Shown here piece after piece: positions 8,611 to 16,935 of a stretch of DNA of 45,574 bases. This DNA comes from a virus. The DNA is taken from the IMG/VR virus record IMGVR_UViG_3300045988_139688. One strand, 5' to 3'. How positions within the stretch are numbered: position 1 is the first letter of the stretch; each line of letters begins with the position of its first letter. The notes beneath the pieces were generated by a model that saw nothing but the letters and a program-made list of their open reading frames with translations, did no database searches and was not told where the DNA came from. A program made the position numbers and the translations under genes.

Positions 8611-9942
8611 TTATGTGGCATCTCCACCTCGTCTTGAGTTTCTTGCTCTCATCTTGGCATCTGCAACTGTGTAATTATCAAGCCCGTACCAGATAGCGGA
8701 GAATGTGTGAGGGTCAATATTGAATTCATCAAAGATTTGATTGCCGTTGTTGTCCTTAGCATAAGTCAGATTTTCAAGCTCTCGTATGCAGTTAGGACAA
8801 TCCTGACTACAGATTATCTTTGTGAATCTCTTGATTTTCCTCGTGTTACTCAGCCTTGACCCAATAGACTTGTGACAAGGTCTCATCTTAAAACCCGACT
8901 GCTGATAGAAGCTTATTGTCTTAGGTTCTGCACAATCAGCTACAATCTGTACATCCTTGTAACCTCTTGCTGCAAGCTCTTTGGCTGTTTTATCATCAGT
9001 CATGTGATTCTTGTAGTACTCCCCATAGATATACAGTATCTGGTTCTTGTTGTCAACTGCCATATCTACAAGGGCATTGTAAGATGTCTCAAAGCCGAAG
9101 TCCATACCATGGAAATGGAATACCCTATCAATGCCCTTAACAATTTTATTCACTTGTGCTGCAGGAGCAACACTGAACTGAGGCAGAACTCTTGTACCAT
9201 TGATACCAAATTGACCTTTCTTGGCAATACGCCACAAGTCAATATCGTAGGTCTTCATGTTCTCAAGTTCGTCAACATAGCTCTGCGGAAGGAACAAGTT
9301 GTCTTCACAAACGCTATGATGATAGTAGACTCCGTTCTTAATAATAGTGTGCTTCTTGTACAGCTTTTTGTCATCAAGGACAGTAACGATGTTACCTTCG
9401 TCATCTTGATGTTTGAAGAAATGTTGGTAGACCCAGTTGTCTGTACCAACAGGATTGAGGGACAAGATAATGTGTAGGCTCAAAGTCGGATGTCTTAGAC
9501 GTCCCAGGAGTTCTTTGTAGCCTGCATACTTGACCTCGCTTGCTTCTTCAATCCAGATGATGCTGATACCATTGATGGATTTCAGCTTTGCAGGTTTGTC
9601 CATGCCCTTGAAGATAACCTTGGAGCCATTCGGGAAATTCAGCTGCATTGGACTTGTCTTCGCAATGACCTTGTTTGAAATCTTTTTTGTTCCTGACTCT
9701 TCAAGGAGACCCAAATCAGATAGAATCTCTGTGAATAAGTCAAAACAGCTTTCTCGAATAGTGTCGTACACTTCACGGATGACAAGTGCTTTACGTTTCT
9801 CTTTCAACAACTTCAAGATTATCTTCAAAACCACGTGATAAGACTTGGAAGAACCATAACCACCGACTAACAGCTGTATCTTGTAGTCCCAATCAAAAAT
9901 AAAATTCTCAAATCTTGGGTTGACCGCCTTCTCGACAATCAT
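8611..9942 (-). CDS. Terminase large subunit
   Basis: 443 aa. Walker [13 protein letters not shown], Walker B-like IIWIEEASE, and a C-terminal nuclease-type region. PBSX/SPP1-like organisation. Confidence 0.9.
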   Translation of the reverse strand: MIVEKAVNPRFENFIFDWDYKIQLLVGGYGSSKSYHVVLKIILKLLKEKRKALVIREVYDTIRESCFDLFTEILSDLGLLEESGTKKISNKVIAKTSPMQLNFPNGSKVIFKGMDKPAKLKSINGISIIWIEEASEVKYAGYKELLGRLRHPTLSLHIILSLNPVGTDNWVYQHFFKHQDDEGNIVTVLDDKKLYKKHTIIKNGVYYHHSVCEDNLFLPQSYVDELENMKTYDIDLWRIAKKGQFGINGTRVLPQFSVAPAAQVNKIVKGIDRVFHFHGMDFGFETSYNALVDMAVDNKNQILYIYGEYYKNHMTDDKTAKELAARGYKDVQIVADCAEPKTISFYQQSGFKMRPCHKSIGSRLSNTRKIKRFTKIICSQDCPNCIRELENLTYAKDNNGNQIFDEFNIDPHTFSAIWYGLDNYTVADAKMRARNSRRGGDAT

Positions 9943-10002
9943 GGTTCTCCTCCTCTCATCATGGCAAGTGAATTGTAAATGGCTGTATTAATATGTTATA
10001 CC

Positions 10003-10626
10003 TTATATGTCATTTTCTTTGTTAGCTCTTGTAATCTTAATCTCAATTTGTGAGTCTTCTTGCTCATTGAGACCAACAATCTTTTGCTTGAGCTCAAACT
10101 CCTTCTGCAGAAGCTTTGTTTTCTTACGAATTGCTTTTGTTTCGCTTTGTTCCTTCTTTGTCTGCCAACCAAACCCATTCTTCAGTACAAATTGTCCTCC
10201 AAAACTTCCTGTGCGAGAGTACAACTGTGATTCTGCATACTCTTCAATCTTTTGTCGAGCTTCAAGAACTACATCAGCAAACTCAGGCGGTATCAACCCT
10301 GCCCTGGCTTTGTTGTGATATGTCATCAAGGTATTTGTGGTTATTCCCAAGTACCGAGCCAATCCTGATATTGTGTAAGGCTTGTCTTGTTCCATAACCC
10401 TCTCGCCCTTGTCATTTCTGATGATTTCACCATGTTTATCCTTAACAGGTTTCATACAAGACCTGAAGTATGCATCACATTTACGTCTCAAATCATCGGG
10501 GGTTTCATATTTGCGTCTAGCACCAATGCAATGAGCAAAAGGGTCAATTCTTTTCAACGCTCTATGTTTAGCTCTAGCCTTGGCATTAGCATGCAGAAAT
10601 GTGTAATCTGCCTTTATAGTTGACAT
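10003..10626 (-). CDS. Terminase small subunit
   Basis: The segment YETPDDLRRKCDAYF...PYTISGLARYLGITTNTLMTY...LKNGFGWQ is the usual HTH-type small terminase pattern. The start is set at ATG 10626 (MSTIKADY) and is uncertain. The longer track ORF would read through a promoter and a palindrome. Confidence 0.65.
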   Translation of the reverse strand: MSTIKADYTFLHANAKARAKHRALKRIDPFAHCIGARRKYETPDDLRRKCDAYFRSCMKPVKDKHGEIIRNDKGERVMEQDKPYTISGLARYLGITTNTLMTYHNKARAGLIPPEFADVVLEARQKIEEYAESQLYSRTGSFGGQFVLKNGFGWQTKKEQSETKAIRKKTKLLQKEFELKQKIVGLNEQEDSQIEIKITRANKENDI

Positions 10627-10704
10627 GTCAAAGTAGTATCGCCTAGCTTTGTGCTTGATATAGGCACTCAAGATACCAACCTCCAACATCAAATTATTAC
10701 ATCC

Positions 10705-10729
10705 GATAACCACCTTTAAGGTGGTTATC
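10705..10729. promoter_or_regulatory. Perfect 25-bp palindrome just downstream of the late promoter (operator or 5' leader hairpin)
   Basis: GATAACCACCTT-T-AAGGTGGTTATC: 12-nt arms with a single central nt, starting 13 nt downstream of the -10 at 10742..10747. Confidence 0.6.
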
Positions 10730-10741
10730 TTTCTTACCCCT

Positions 10742-10770
10742 ATTATACTACCTTCCGCTGAAAAAGTAAA
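10742..10770 (-). promoter_or_regulatory. Sigma-A-type promoter of the packaging/structural operon
   Basis: Minus strand reads TTTACT-17 nt-TATAAT, with -10 = reverse complement of 10742..10747 and -35 = reverse complement of 10765..10770. It shares the GTAGTATAAT core with the early cassettes. Confidence 0.5.
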
Positions 10771-11019
10771 GCCTTTCGTTTTCCGTGTAAGGTAATATGT
10801 AATTATTTGGGTTTTCACACTTTTGCACTCGTTTTAACCCTCGAATTTTCCGCTTCCTTTCTCCCCTCTTCCAGCCCAGGGTGCATACCCTCAAAAATGC
10901 GGGAGCAACCTGAAACCGACACAGATGAGTTTTTCTTGTAAAAGTAAATAAATTATTAACGAATTTCAGTCAAAATATTAATTTTACAAAGTAAAAAGTT
11001 TTCCGTTTGTGACGTATTT

Positions 11020-11520
11020 ACATAAAAATCGTCGGAAATTTTACAATACTTCAACAATATTGTACAATAAATTTTTCCGACGATTTTTCTTTCGATATTA
11101 TTTTAGTATATATATTTTATTTTATTGTATTTTTATCTATTTTTATTTACCTCTTAATTTTAAAATAAAAAATCGTCGGAAATTTTATACATAGCTCTAT
11201 GTGTAAATACACAAATGTATACAGAGACGATTTTTTAACTCCGCCTTGTAAAAAATACCGATTTTTTCACTTTTTCATACATAAAAATACCGATTTTTTC
11301 ACCGATTTTTATGCACCACCATTTTTCGTGATTTTTCACTTTTCTTCTTTTTCTCCTGCAGTCTAATCGTAAAATAAAAAATCGTCGGAAAATATTACAA
11401 TAAATTCAGCTAATACTACAATAAATCTTACAAAGCTACAACGACGATTTTTTACGATTTTCGTACATAAAAATACCGATTTTTTACGATTTTCACCCAT
11501 AAAAATACCGATTTTTCGAA
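11020..11520. repeat. Iteron array with AT-rich core; putative replication origin / divergent control region
   Basis: AAAATCGTCGGAAA occurs directly at about 11025, 11168 and 11378 and inverted at about 11073. AAAATACCGATTTTT occurs four times, at about 11253, 11283, 11469 and 11501. The CGATTTTT/AAAAATCG core occurs about 14 times. An almost pure A/T stretch spans 11095..11170. The inverted pair GTATTTACA (about 11014) / TGTAAATAC (about 11203) flanks it. Confidence 0.7.
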
Positions 11521-11654
11521 CCTCCTAAAATTTTACTTTTAAACTTTTTAGCTATAAATTATTACCAGATTATTAACAAAATCAAATTTTGTTGTATCTT
11601 AAAAGTTTCTTTGTAGTGATACCCTACAAGAACCTTGTAGATTCACCATTTATC

Positions 11655-11721
11655 AGTTTACGAATTGTTAATAATTATTTTACTAAATATACTTTATTAT
11701 TGTTACAATTGGTAGTATAAT
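11655..11721 (+). promoter_or_regulatory. Conserved promoter cassette, copy A (drives the first early operon)
   Basis: agtttacgaaTTGTTAATAAttatTTTACtaaatATACTTTATT-N14-gtAGTATAAT. Same architecture as copies B-G. Confidence 0.65.
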
Positions 11722-11787
11722 AAGGATGTAAAATAAATAAGACGGAACGCAAACAACACTAAGGTAAATATGAAAGGAGTTAATCAG

Positions 11788-12096
11788 ATGAAAAATGTAA
11801 TTACTATATCAGACATCGAGCAGTATATGGCATACAAGGCTGAAAAAGTTGCACAAATCAAAAATGTCAAGACTGAGAGTGAGTTTGGTAAGATTGCACA
11901 GCACATTGATTTTTGCAAGTTCGTTGACCCTGATGGAAATTCACATTACTACATTTCTGTAGTACACAGAGGACACATCAGTGATTACTCAAACAAAAAA
12001 ACTTGGCTTGAAAATAGATATTCAGTTACCAAAGAAGAAGGCAATAAGCTATATCTTGATGCAAAACAAGGCAAGACAATCTTGATAGTTGATTAA
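11788..12096 (+). CDS. Early protein, unknown function
   Basis: ATG 11788 lies 8 nt after AAAGGAG; 102 aa; first gene after cassette A. Confidence 0.7.
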   Translation: MKNVITISDIEQYMAYKAEKVAQIKNVKTESEFGKIAQHIDFCKFVDPDGNSHYYISVVHRGHISDYSNKKTWLENRYSVTKEEGNKLYLDAKQGKTILIVD

Positions 12097-12109
12097 GGAG
12101 GAATTTATT

Positions 12110-12844
12110 ATGGCAAACACAAATGGTTGGGAAAGGATTGCAATGAACAATCTCAAGAACGCTTACAACTGGATAGTTGGTGGACAAGAAAATGCTCGAG
12201 ATGATGAAGACATCACTGAAGAGCAGTTTCAGAACTGGATTGAGAAAGAAGCTCTTGAACAGATATACGCTGAAGCAATCACAACCTTGTACACAGGAGA
12301 TAGTGCAGGCGGAGAAGCCCCAAAAGAAATGCGTTTTGCAGGCAAGAACTTCTGCTACAAATATCTGAAGAGCTTGTTTGAAAAAGATGGATACAACGTT
12401 ACACTTGAAACTAACAAAAAGGAGATTAAAACTATGAAAAATCTGAAGACTTACAACGTTACTTTGATGAGACACAATCCACAGACAGGAGATTATGAAA
12501 CAACAAGAACAGTTGAGGCTGTCTCAATCAGCTCTGCTAGAAAGAAAGCTCGTGAACTGGCTGAAAGCTGCACATATGGTTCTATGAGTGTTCTTGACAT
12601 TCAGCTTGATGAGTCCTCTGCACCTGTTAAAAAGAACAAGAGAGCCTCAAAAGTTTCGAAGACAACAAAAGTTGTTCTCAAGGCATTTACAGGAATGTTT
12701 CTTGGTGAGTACGAAGCTAAAGTAACAAAGACTGGTTACACTATCACAACCAAGAAAGGTGACATGGAGTTCAACAAGGATGGAACACAGAAAATCAATT
12801 GCAGAAATGCAAAATTCAACAGTCATATCGAGCTGCTTGCATAA
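12110..12844 (+). CDS. Early protein with C-terminal KAFTGM domain (paralogous domain 1 of 3)
   Basis: ATG 12110 after AAGGAGG. C-terminus is KVVLKAFTGMFLGEYEAKVTKTGYTITTKKGDMEFNKDGTQKINCRNAKFNSHIELL. Confidence 0.75.
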   Translation: MANTNGWERIAMNNLKNAYNWIVGGQENARDDEDITEEQFQNWIEKEALEQIYAEAITTLYTGDSAGGEAPKEMRFAGKNFCYKYLKSLFEKDGYNVTLETNKKEIKTMKNLKTYNVTLMRHNPQTGDYETTRTVEAVSISSARKKARELAESCTYGSMSVLDIQLDESSAPVKKNKRASKVSKTTKVVLKAFTGMFLGEYEAKVTKTGYTITTKKGDMEFNKDGTQKINCRNAKFNSHIELLA

Positions 12845-12903
12845 AGCAGCTTGTATATCTTCACCTGCACTATTTTAATATATATACTTAGGAGGAATTT
12901 TAT

Positions 12904-13167
12904 ATGGGACGTCCAATGACATATTCAGACCAACACATTTTAGCAGAAGGAACTTTGTTCCTTTCTGGCTGTTCTATTTCTCAGATTGCAAAACTGCTTG
13001 ATACACCACGGAGTACTGTGAGCTGGCATCTTATCCACCCTCTCAAGACCTTGGATTATCCAGCCTGGATACAGACTAGGGCAAAGCTTATCAAATACGG
13101 AAAGAACAATGCTCGTATTCGTGAAGAACAGTGTTTAATCAACAGCTTCACAACCCGAAGCTTGTAG
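12904..13167 (+). CDS. SpoIIID-like helix-turn-helix transcription regulator
   Basis: 87 aa. GCSISQIAKLLDTPRSTVSWHLIHPLKTL..., with length and helix spacing resembling the Bacillus SpoIIID stage III regulator (...IAKEFGVSKSTVHKDL...). Confidence 0.5.
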   Translation: MGRPMTYSDQHILAEGTLFLSGCSISQIAKLLDTPRSTVSWHLIHPLKTLDYPAWIQTRAKLIKYGKNNARIREEQCLINSFTTRSL

Positions 13168-13182
13168 AAAGGTGGTGATACC

Positions 13183-13776
13183 ATGAACAAAGTAAAACTG
13201 TGGTTGGAAAAGGTTTTTCCAGATTACATCCTAGTAACTAGCAAGCTCAATCAGCATAAGTTCTATGTAGCCGAATGCATAGACCCAAGCCATCTACGCA
13301 GAGTCTTTGACCCGCAAGGAGGATGCAGGCTTGAATGTTCTCCAGTGTATGTTGTAATAGATACATACTGTGTAAGGCACAATATTTTTGAGGCTTCAAC
13401 TGCTACTATTGTAGATAGTATGGAAAAAGCATATGATAAATTTCCTTGGTTCTTTGTTTCTGACTCAGCACCCGAAGTAAACAACACTGAGTTGACTAAG
13501 ACACAAATACAGATTCTAACAGCCTTGAATGTTCTTGGTTATCACTGGATAACTAAAGACAAAAGTGGCAAGGTCTATCTGCATACGCATTCCCCGATTA
13601 AGCTGGAATCACATTGGATTGGTAAAGGTGGATACAGCGTAGCTTTATGTGACCTTCCTACAGCTGTAGATTTTCTTTTCACTTTGGTGTCTTGGTCTGA
13701 TACAGAACCGCTGAGCATAAGCTTGTTGATTGCAGATAAAGATGGGAGTGTTGACTGTGGTCAATCCTTGTTATAA
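13183..13776 (+). CDS. Hypothetical protein
   Basis: 197-aa ORF with an RBS (aaggtggtg); no recognisable motif. Confidence 0.7.
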   Translation: MNKVKLWLEKVFPDYILVTSKLNQHKFYVAECIDPSHLRRVFDPQGGCRLECSPVYVVIDTYCVRHNIFEASTATIVDSMEKAYDKFPWFFVSDSAPEVNNTELTKTQIQILTALNVLGYHWITKDKSGKVYLHTHSPIKLESHWIGKGGYSVALCDLPTAVDFLFTLVSWSDTEPLSISLLIADKDGSVDCGQSLL

Positions 13777-13951
13777 GTGTTCATTTCGACAATCTAAATG
13801 TGCTGTTAGCTGTAAGCATTGGCAAAACTATGTAACTTGGAGAAATGAGCAATATGAACAACGAATGCGACAACGACGTGGGGAGCTGGACTACAAGGAT
13901 TCTGTGATTACAAGGTCTTACAAAAGTCGCACTAAAAACCACAACTGGTGA
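13730..13951 (+). CDS. Small Cys-rich basic protein (start uncertain)
   Basis: NPCYKCSFRQSKCAVSCKHW followed by an Arg/Lys-rich tail. Overlaps the preceding ORF. Confidence 0.5.
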   Translation: MQIKMGVLTVVNPCYKCSFRQSKCAVSCKHWQNYVTWRNEQYEQRMRQRRGELDYKDSVITRSYKSRTKNHNW

Positions 13952-13964
13952 TTTGTTACAAGAA

Positions 13965-14030
13965 GTTAATAAATTGTTAATAATTAATTTACCAAAACTA
14001 CTTTATTGTGCAATGTAAAAGAAGTATAAT
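13965..14030 (+). promoter_or_regulatory. Conserved promoter cassette, copy B
   Basis: gttaataaaTTGTTAATAAttaaTTTACcaaaacTACTTTATT-gtgcaatgtaaaaga-AGTATAAT. Confidence 0.65.
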
Positions 14031-14080
14031 GATAATCATAAAGGAACACCTGAAACAGAAATCTAAAAGGAGAGATTATT

Positions 14081-14332
14081 ATGAAAATCAATGGCATTGA
14101 AATCAAAGGCATCAAGAAGGCAGTTGGAAACGTTCAAAAAGGTTCTTACGAGATACTTGTATATTGGACTCATGACAAGGACGTGTGGGCAGTCTGCCAG
14201 GATTGGTATGATGTAGTTGGTAAGTATGATAGCAGATGTATAAATTTGCACCCTTATCTTAAATCAATGTATAATACAGATGAATATACAATGGAAAGAG
14301 TTACAAACATCTTAGCAAAGTTTATTCTTTAA
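14081..14332 (+). CDS. Hypothetical protein
   Basis: 83 aa with an AAAGGAGAG RBS; first gene after cassette B. Confidence 0.7.
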   Translation: MKINGIEIKGIKKAVGNVQKGSYEILVYWTHDKDVWAVCQDWYDVVGKYDSRCINLHPYLKSMYNTDEYTMERVTNILAKFIL

Positions 14333-14386
14333 GCTTAATGTTTTCTGAAGAGCTTGTACAATAACAAGCTCTATCCCAATCACAAA

Positions 14387-14455
14387 TTTGTTAATAAATT
14401 GTTAATAACTTTTTTACTAAAAAGACTTTATTTGCTCTTTCGAAAGTAGTATAAT
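14387..14455 (+). promoter_or_regulatory. Conserved promoter cassette, copy C (its -10 is bracketed by a 10-bp inverted repeat)
   Basis: tttgttaataaaTTGTTAATAActtTTTTACtaaaaagACTTTATT...gtAGTATAAT. The inverted repeat is CTCTTTCGAA 14435..14444 / TTCGAAAGAG 14465..14474. Confidence 0.65.
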
Positions 14456-14556
14456 TAGTTTAAATTCGAAAGAGTTACAACACTTCACACTGAGACACTT
14501 CAAGATAGGCTAGCTCTTATCTTGTGTGATAATAATTAAATCGGGAGGAATGCATA

Positions 14557-14790
14557 ATGACCTGTCTGGAAAGGGAAAAGGTCAAGGAAGAACTTGACTA
14601 TTTAGAACGCAAGTGTGAGTTGGCTGAGAAACGACTCGAGCAGGAACGCAAAGAGCACAGAAGCTGTGAGAAAGTGAAAGATGCAATATGTATTGCAATC
14701 ATTATCTTTGCAATAACCATGAGCGTGGTTATCGGGGTAGACTTCATGAATTACCTAGATTCATTGGACTACCTGAGCTCACTGAGATAA
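14557..14790 (+). CDS. Small membrane-anchored coiled-coil protein
   Basis: 77 aa. Charged helical N-terminus and one TM segment (AICIAIIIFAITMSVVIGV). Confidence 0.65.
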   Translation: MTCLEREKVKEELDYLERKCELAEKRLEQERKEHRSCEKVKDAICIAIIIFAITMSVVIGVDFMNYLDSLDYLSSLR

Positions 14791-14819
14791 TCAAGAATCA
14801 TACAAGGAGGAATTTTAAA

Positions 14820-15374
14820 ATGTCAATAACTGTTAACCCATATGACATAAACGATACATGTAGAGTGTATCAGAGTTTAATGCACGGACTCATAATGAGA
14901 TACCCTGAATTCAAGGCTCTCGACACCTATTTGAAAGAACATCACTTCAAAGACCAGCCTGCATCTACCAAATACCATCTTAACATATCTGGAGGTCTTC
15001 TGTTACACTCTGTTAATGTAGCTCTTGTCCTTGATAAGCTGACTTCAGAACTCAATCTTCAGTGGCAACGTGCCGAAAGCCCAATTATTGTTGGTCTGTT
15101 TCATGACCTCTGTAAGCTTGATGCTTATCAACAAGACCTTGATGGATTTACATACAACGAAGACCAGCTTATCAAGGGTCATGGTGACAAATCAGTCATG
15201 GTGTTGAGCCAATTTACAACCTTGACCGAGGAAGAAGTTCTTTGTATTCGCTATCACATGGGAGCATATGAGACTGATAGCTGGAAGCAATTTGATTCAG
15301 CTATCAAGAGATACCCGAATGTGTTATTCACTCATACAGCTGACATGATAGCAAGTAAGCTCTGGGAGGATTGA
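14820..15374 (+). CDS. HD-domain phosphohydrolase (candidate dNTP/dNMP hydrolase)
   Basis: ATG 14820 after AAGGAGG. Metal-ligand pattern H...HD...H...D: KYHLN..LLLHS, GLFHDLCK, KGHGDKS, IRYHMG. Confidence 0.7.
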   Translation: MSITVNPYDINDTCRVYQSLMHGLIMRYPEFKALDTYLKEHHFKDQPASTKYHLNISGGLLLHSVNVALVLDKLTSELNLQWQRAESPIIVGLFHDLCKLDAYQQDLDGFTYNEDQLIKGHGDKSVMVLSQFTTLTEEEVLCIRYHMGAYETDSWKQFDSAIKRYPNVLFTHTADMIASKLWED

Positions 15375-16429
15375 TGATGAAGAATAAACCTGCAGATGAC
15401 TTCTACATTGATGTATCCTATTCAAATCTTGATATGACGCTGCCACAGACTAAGAAGATAAAGACGGCTAGACCAATTTTGGATGAAGACGTTTGGAACA
15501 CATTCATATATTACATCAAGGAACGGTATCACATACACGTTTTGAAGGATGTGAAGAAGCTCCCGAAGCCATGGACAAAAGATACCATACTGAAGACGTA
15601 CAGATTCACAAATGTACGTCGGGAGCATGACAAAGAAACAAAATGGCTTATCAAACACATAGCGAAGAATTCAGATTTGTCCTATGAAGACAAATTGCTA
15701 AATTGCATTCTGTTTAGGATGTTCAATAAGCATGAAACTGCCGAGATACTCAATATGCCAATTGTATTTGATGAAACCTATGACCCTGAGAATTATCGTG
15801 AGAGGCTTGAGCAGAAGGCGAAGCAAGACCCTGAGTATGTATTCTTTACACAGGCATTCTTCACAAGTGGTCAGAAGCTTGGAGCTGCTTGTTACACTCC
15901 TGGAGGGCTTAACGAGCGCAATATGGTTATAAGAATGCTCTACTTGGCACAGCATTTGGCTTCTGAAAGGATAGCAGAAGGCATTGGACAAAGCTCAGAT
16001 GGATGCTATGTTAACCCATACAATATTATATCCTTGCTTGCTTCGTACAAAGGTATTGGTGAATTTCTGTCTTACCAGATATTTGTTGATTTCACCTACA
16101 TACCTGAATTTCCGTACAGTGAGAATGAGTATGTAATAGCTGGTCCAGGCTGCAGAAATGGTTTAAGCTATCTGTTCAGAAATACAGACGGAATGACTGA
16201 CGAAGAATGCCTCTTTTGGGTAAGGAACAACTGGGATGAGCTAATTACTCGATACAAAAATGATTGGAACCCCGAAGAAATCTTTGTCGATTTGCCTGAA
16301 GAGGAACAAAAGATGAACATCATGAGTCTGGAGAACTGTTTCTGCGAACTCAGCAAGTACATCCGAGCAAAAGAGCACAAGGGTAGACCAAGAACAAAAT
16401 ACAATGGTTTTAAGGAGAAGTTGATATGA
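15374..16429 (+). CDS. All-helical protein, candidate DNA base-hypermodification enzyme (aGPT-Pplase / amino-acid:DNA transferase-like)
   Basis: About 351 aa. The N-terminal pattern ERYHIHVLKDVKKLPKPWTKDTILKTYRFTNVRREHDKETKWL matches my recollection of that family. Context is HD, dCMP deaminase and MazG. Not verified by HMM. Confidence 0.45.
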   Translation: MMKNKPADDFYIDVSYSNLDMTLPQTKKIKTARPILDEDVWNTFIYYIKERYHIHVLKDVKKLPKPWTKDTILKTYRFTNVRREHDKETKWLIKHIAKNSDLSYEDKLLNCILFRMFNKHETAEILNMPIVFDETYDPENYRERLEQKAKQDPEYVFFTQAFFTSGQKLGAACYTPGGLNERNMVIRMLYLAQHLASERIAEGIGQSSDGCYVNPYNIISLLASYKGIGEFLSYQIFVDFTYIPEFPYSENEYVIAGPGCRNGLSYLFRNTDGMTDEECLFWVRNNWDELITRYKNDWNPEEIFVDLPEEEQKMNIMSLENCFCELSKYIRAKEHKGRPRTKYNGFKEKLI

Positions 16430-16923
16430 ATAGGGCACATGGAATATTTAACTATCTGAATTTGCTGGATTTAGCACACAGCTATGCTAAGGCAGAATCA
16501 GGTTGCTGTAAAGTGACAGTTGGTAGTGTTATAGTTGAGGACAAGCAAAACCTAAGAATACTTGCTTTTGGTGCAAATAAAACTCTGCCAGTCAATTGCA
16601 AGAGCAAGGGTTGTTTAAGAATCCAGAAATATGGTAATGATGACAAAACTCATCGTAACCCTGACGACTGTAGGGCAATACACAGCGAGATTGCTGCCAT
16701 AGCAGCTGCAGCCAGACAAGGTATTTCTTTGGAGGGGGCAACGATTGTTGTTACAAGATACCCCTGTGAAGCTTGTGCAAGAGCCATTGTAGAAGCTGGA
16801 ATACAAAAGGTTGTGTATGGTAGAGAGCAAACGATGTCACAATACAGCTATGATATCTTTAAATCTGCGAAAGTAACAGTAATACACTGTTCTGATTGGA
16901 TAGAACAAGACGCAATAAACTAA
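16426..16923 (+). CDS. dCMP deaminase (ComEB/Dctd family)
   Basis: Zinc motifs HSEIAAI and PCEACARAI with correct spacing; 165 aa. Confidence 0.85.
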   Translation: MNRAHGIFNYLNLLDLAHSYAKAESGCCKVTVGSVIVEDKQNLRILAFGANKTLPVNCKSKGCLRIQKYGNDDKTHRNPDDCRAIHSEIAAIAAAARQGISLEGATIVVTRYPCEACARAIVEAGIQKVVYGREQTMSQYSYDIFKSAKVTVIHCSDWIEQDAIN

Positions 16924-16935
16924 GGAGGTACACAT

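Noticed and set aside
10627-10818. N-terminal extension of the small terminase ORF (track start at 10818)
   Set aside because: It would contain the late promoter and the 25-bp palindrome. No ribosome-binding site is present, and the sequence (MKTQIITYYLTRK...) lacks any terminase-like pattern. The exact start remains uncertain.
11009-11194. 61-aa plus-strand ORF in the control region
   Set aside because: It lies entirely in iterons and the A/T-only core. Its Phe/Tyr/Ile/Arg-rich translation is what AT-rich non-coding DNA produces.
11020-11520. Possible CRISPR array
   Set aside because: The repeat units are short (14-24 nt), of two different types, in mixed orientation and irregularly spaced, without unique spacers of constant length. 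They behave as iterons, not as a CRISPR array.
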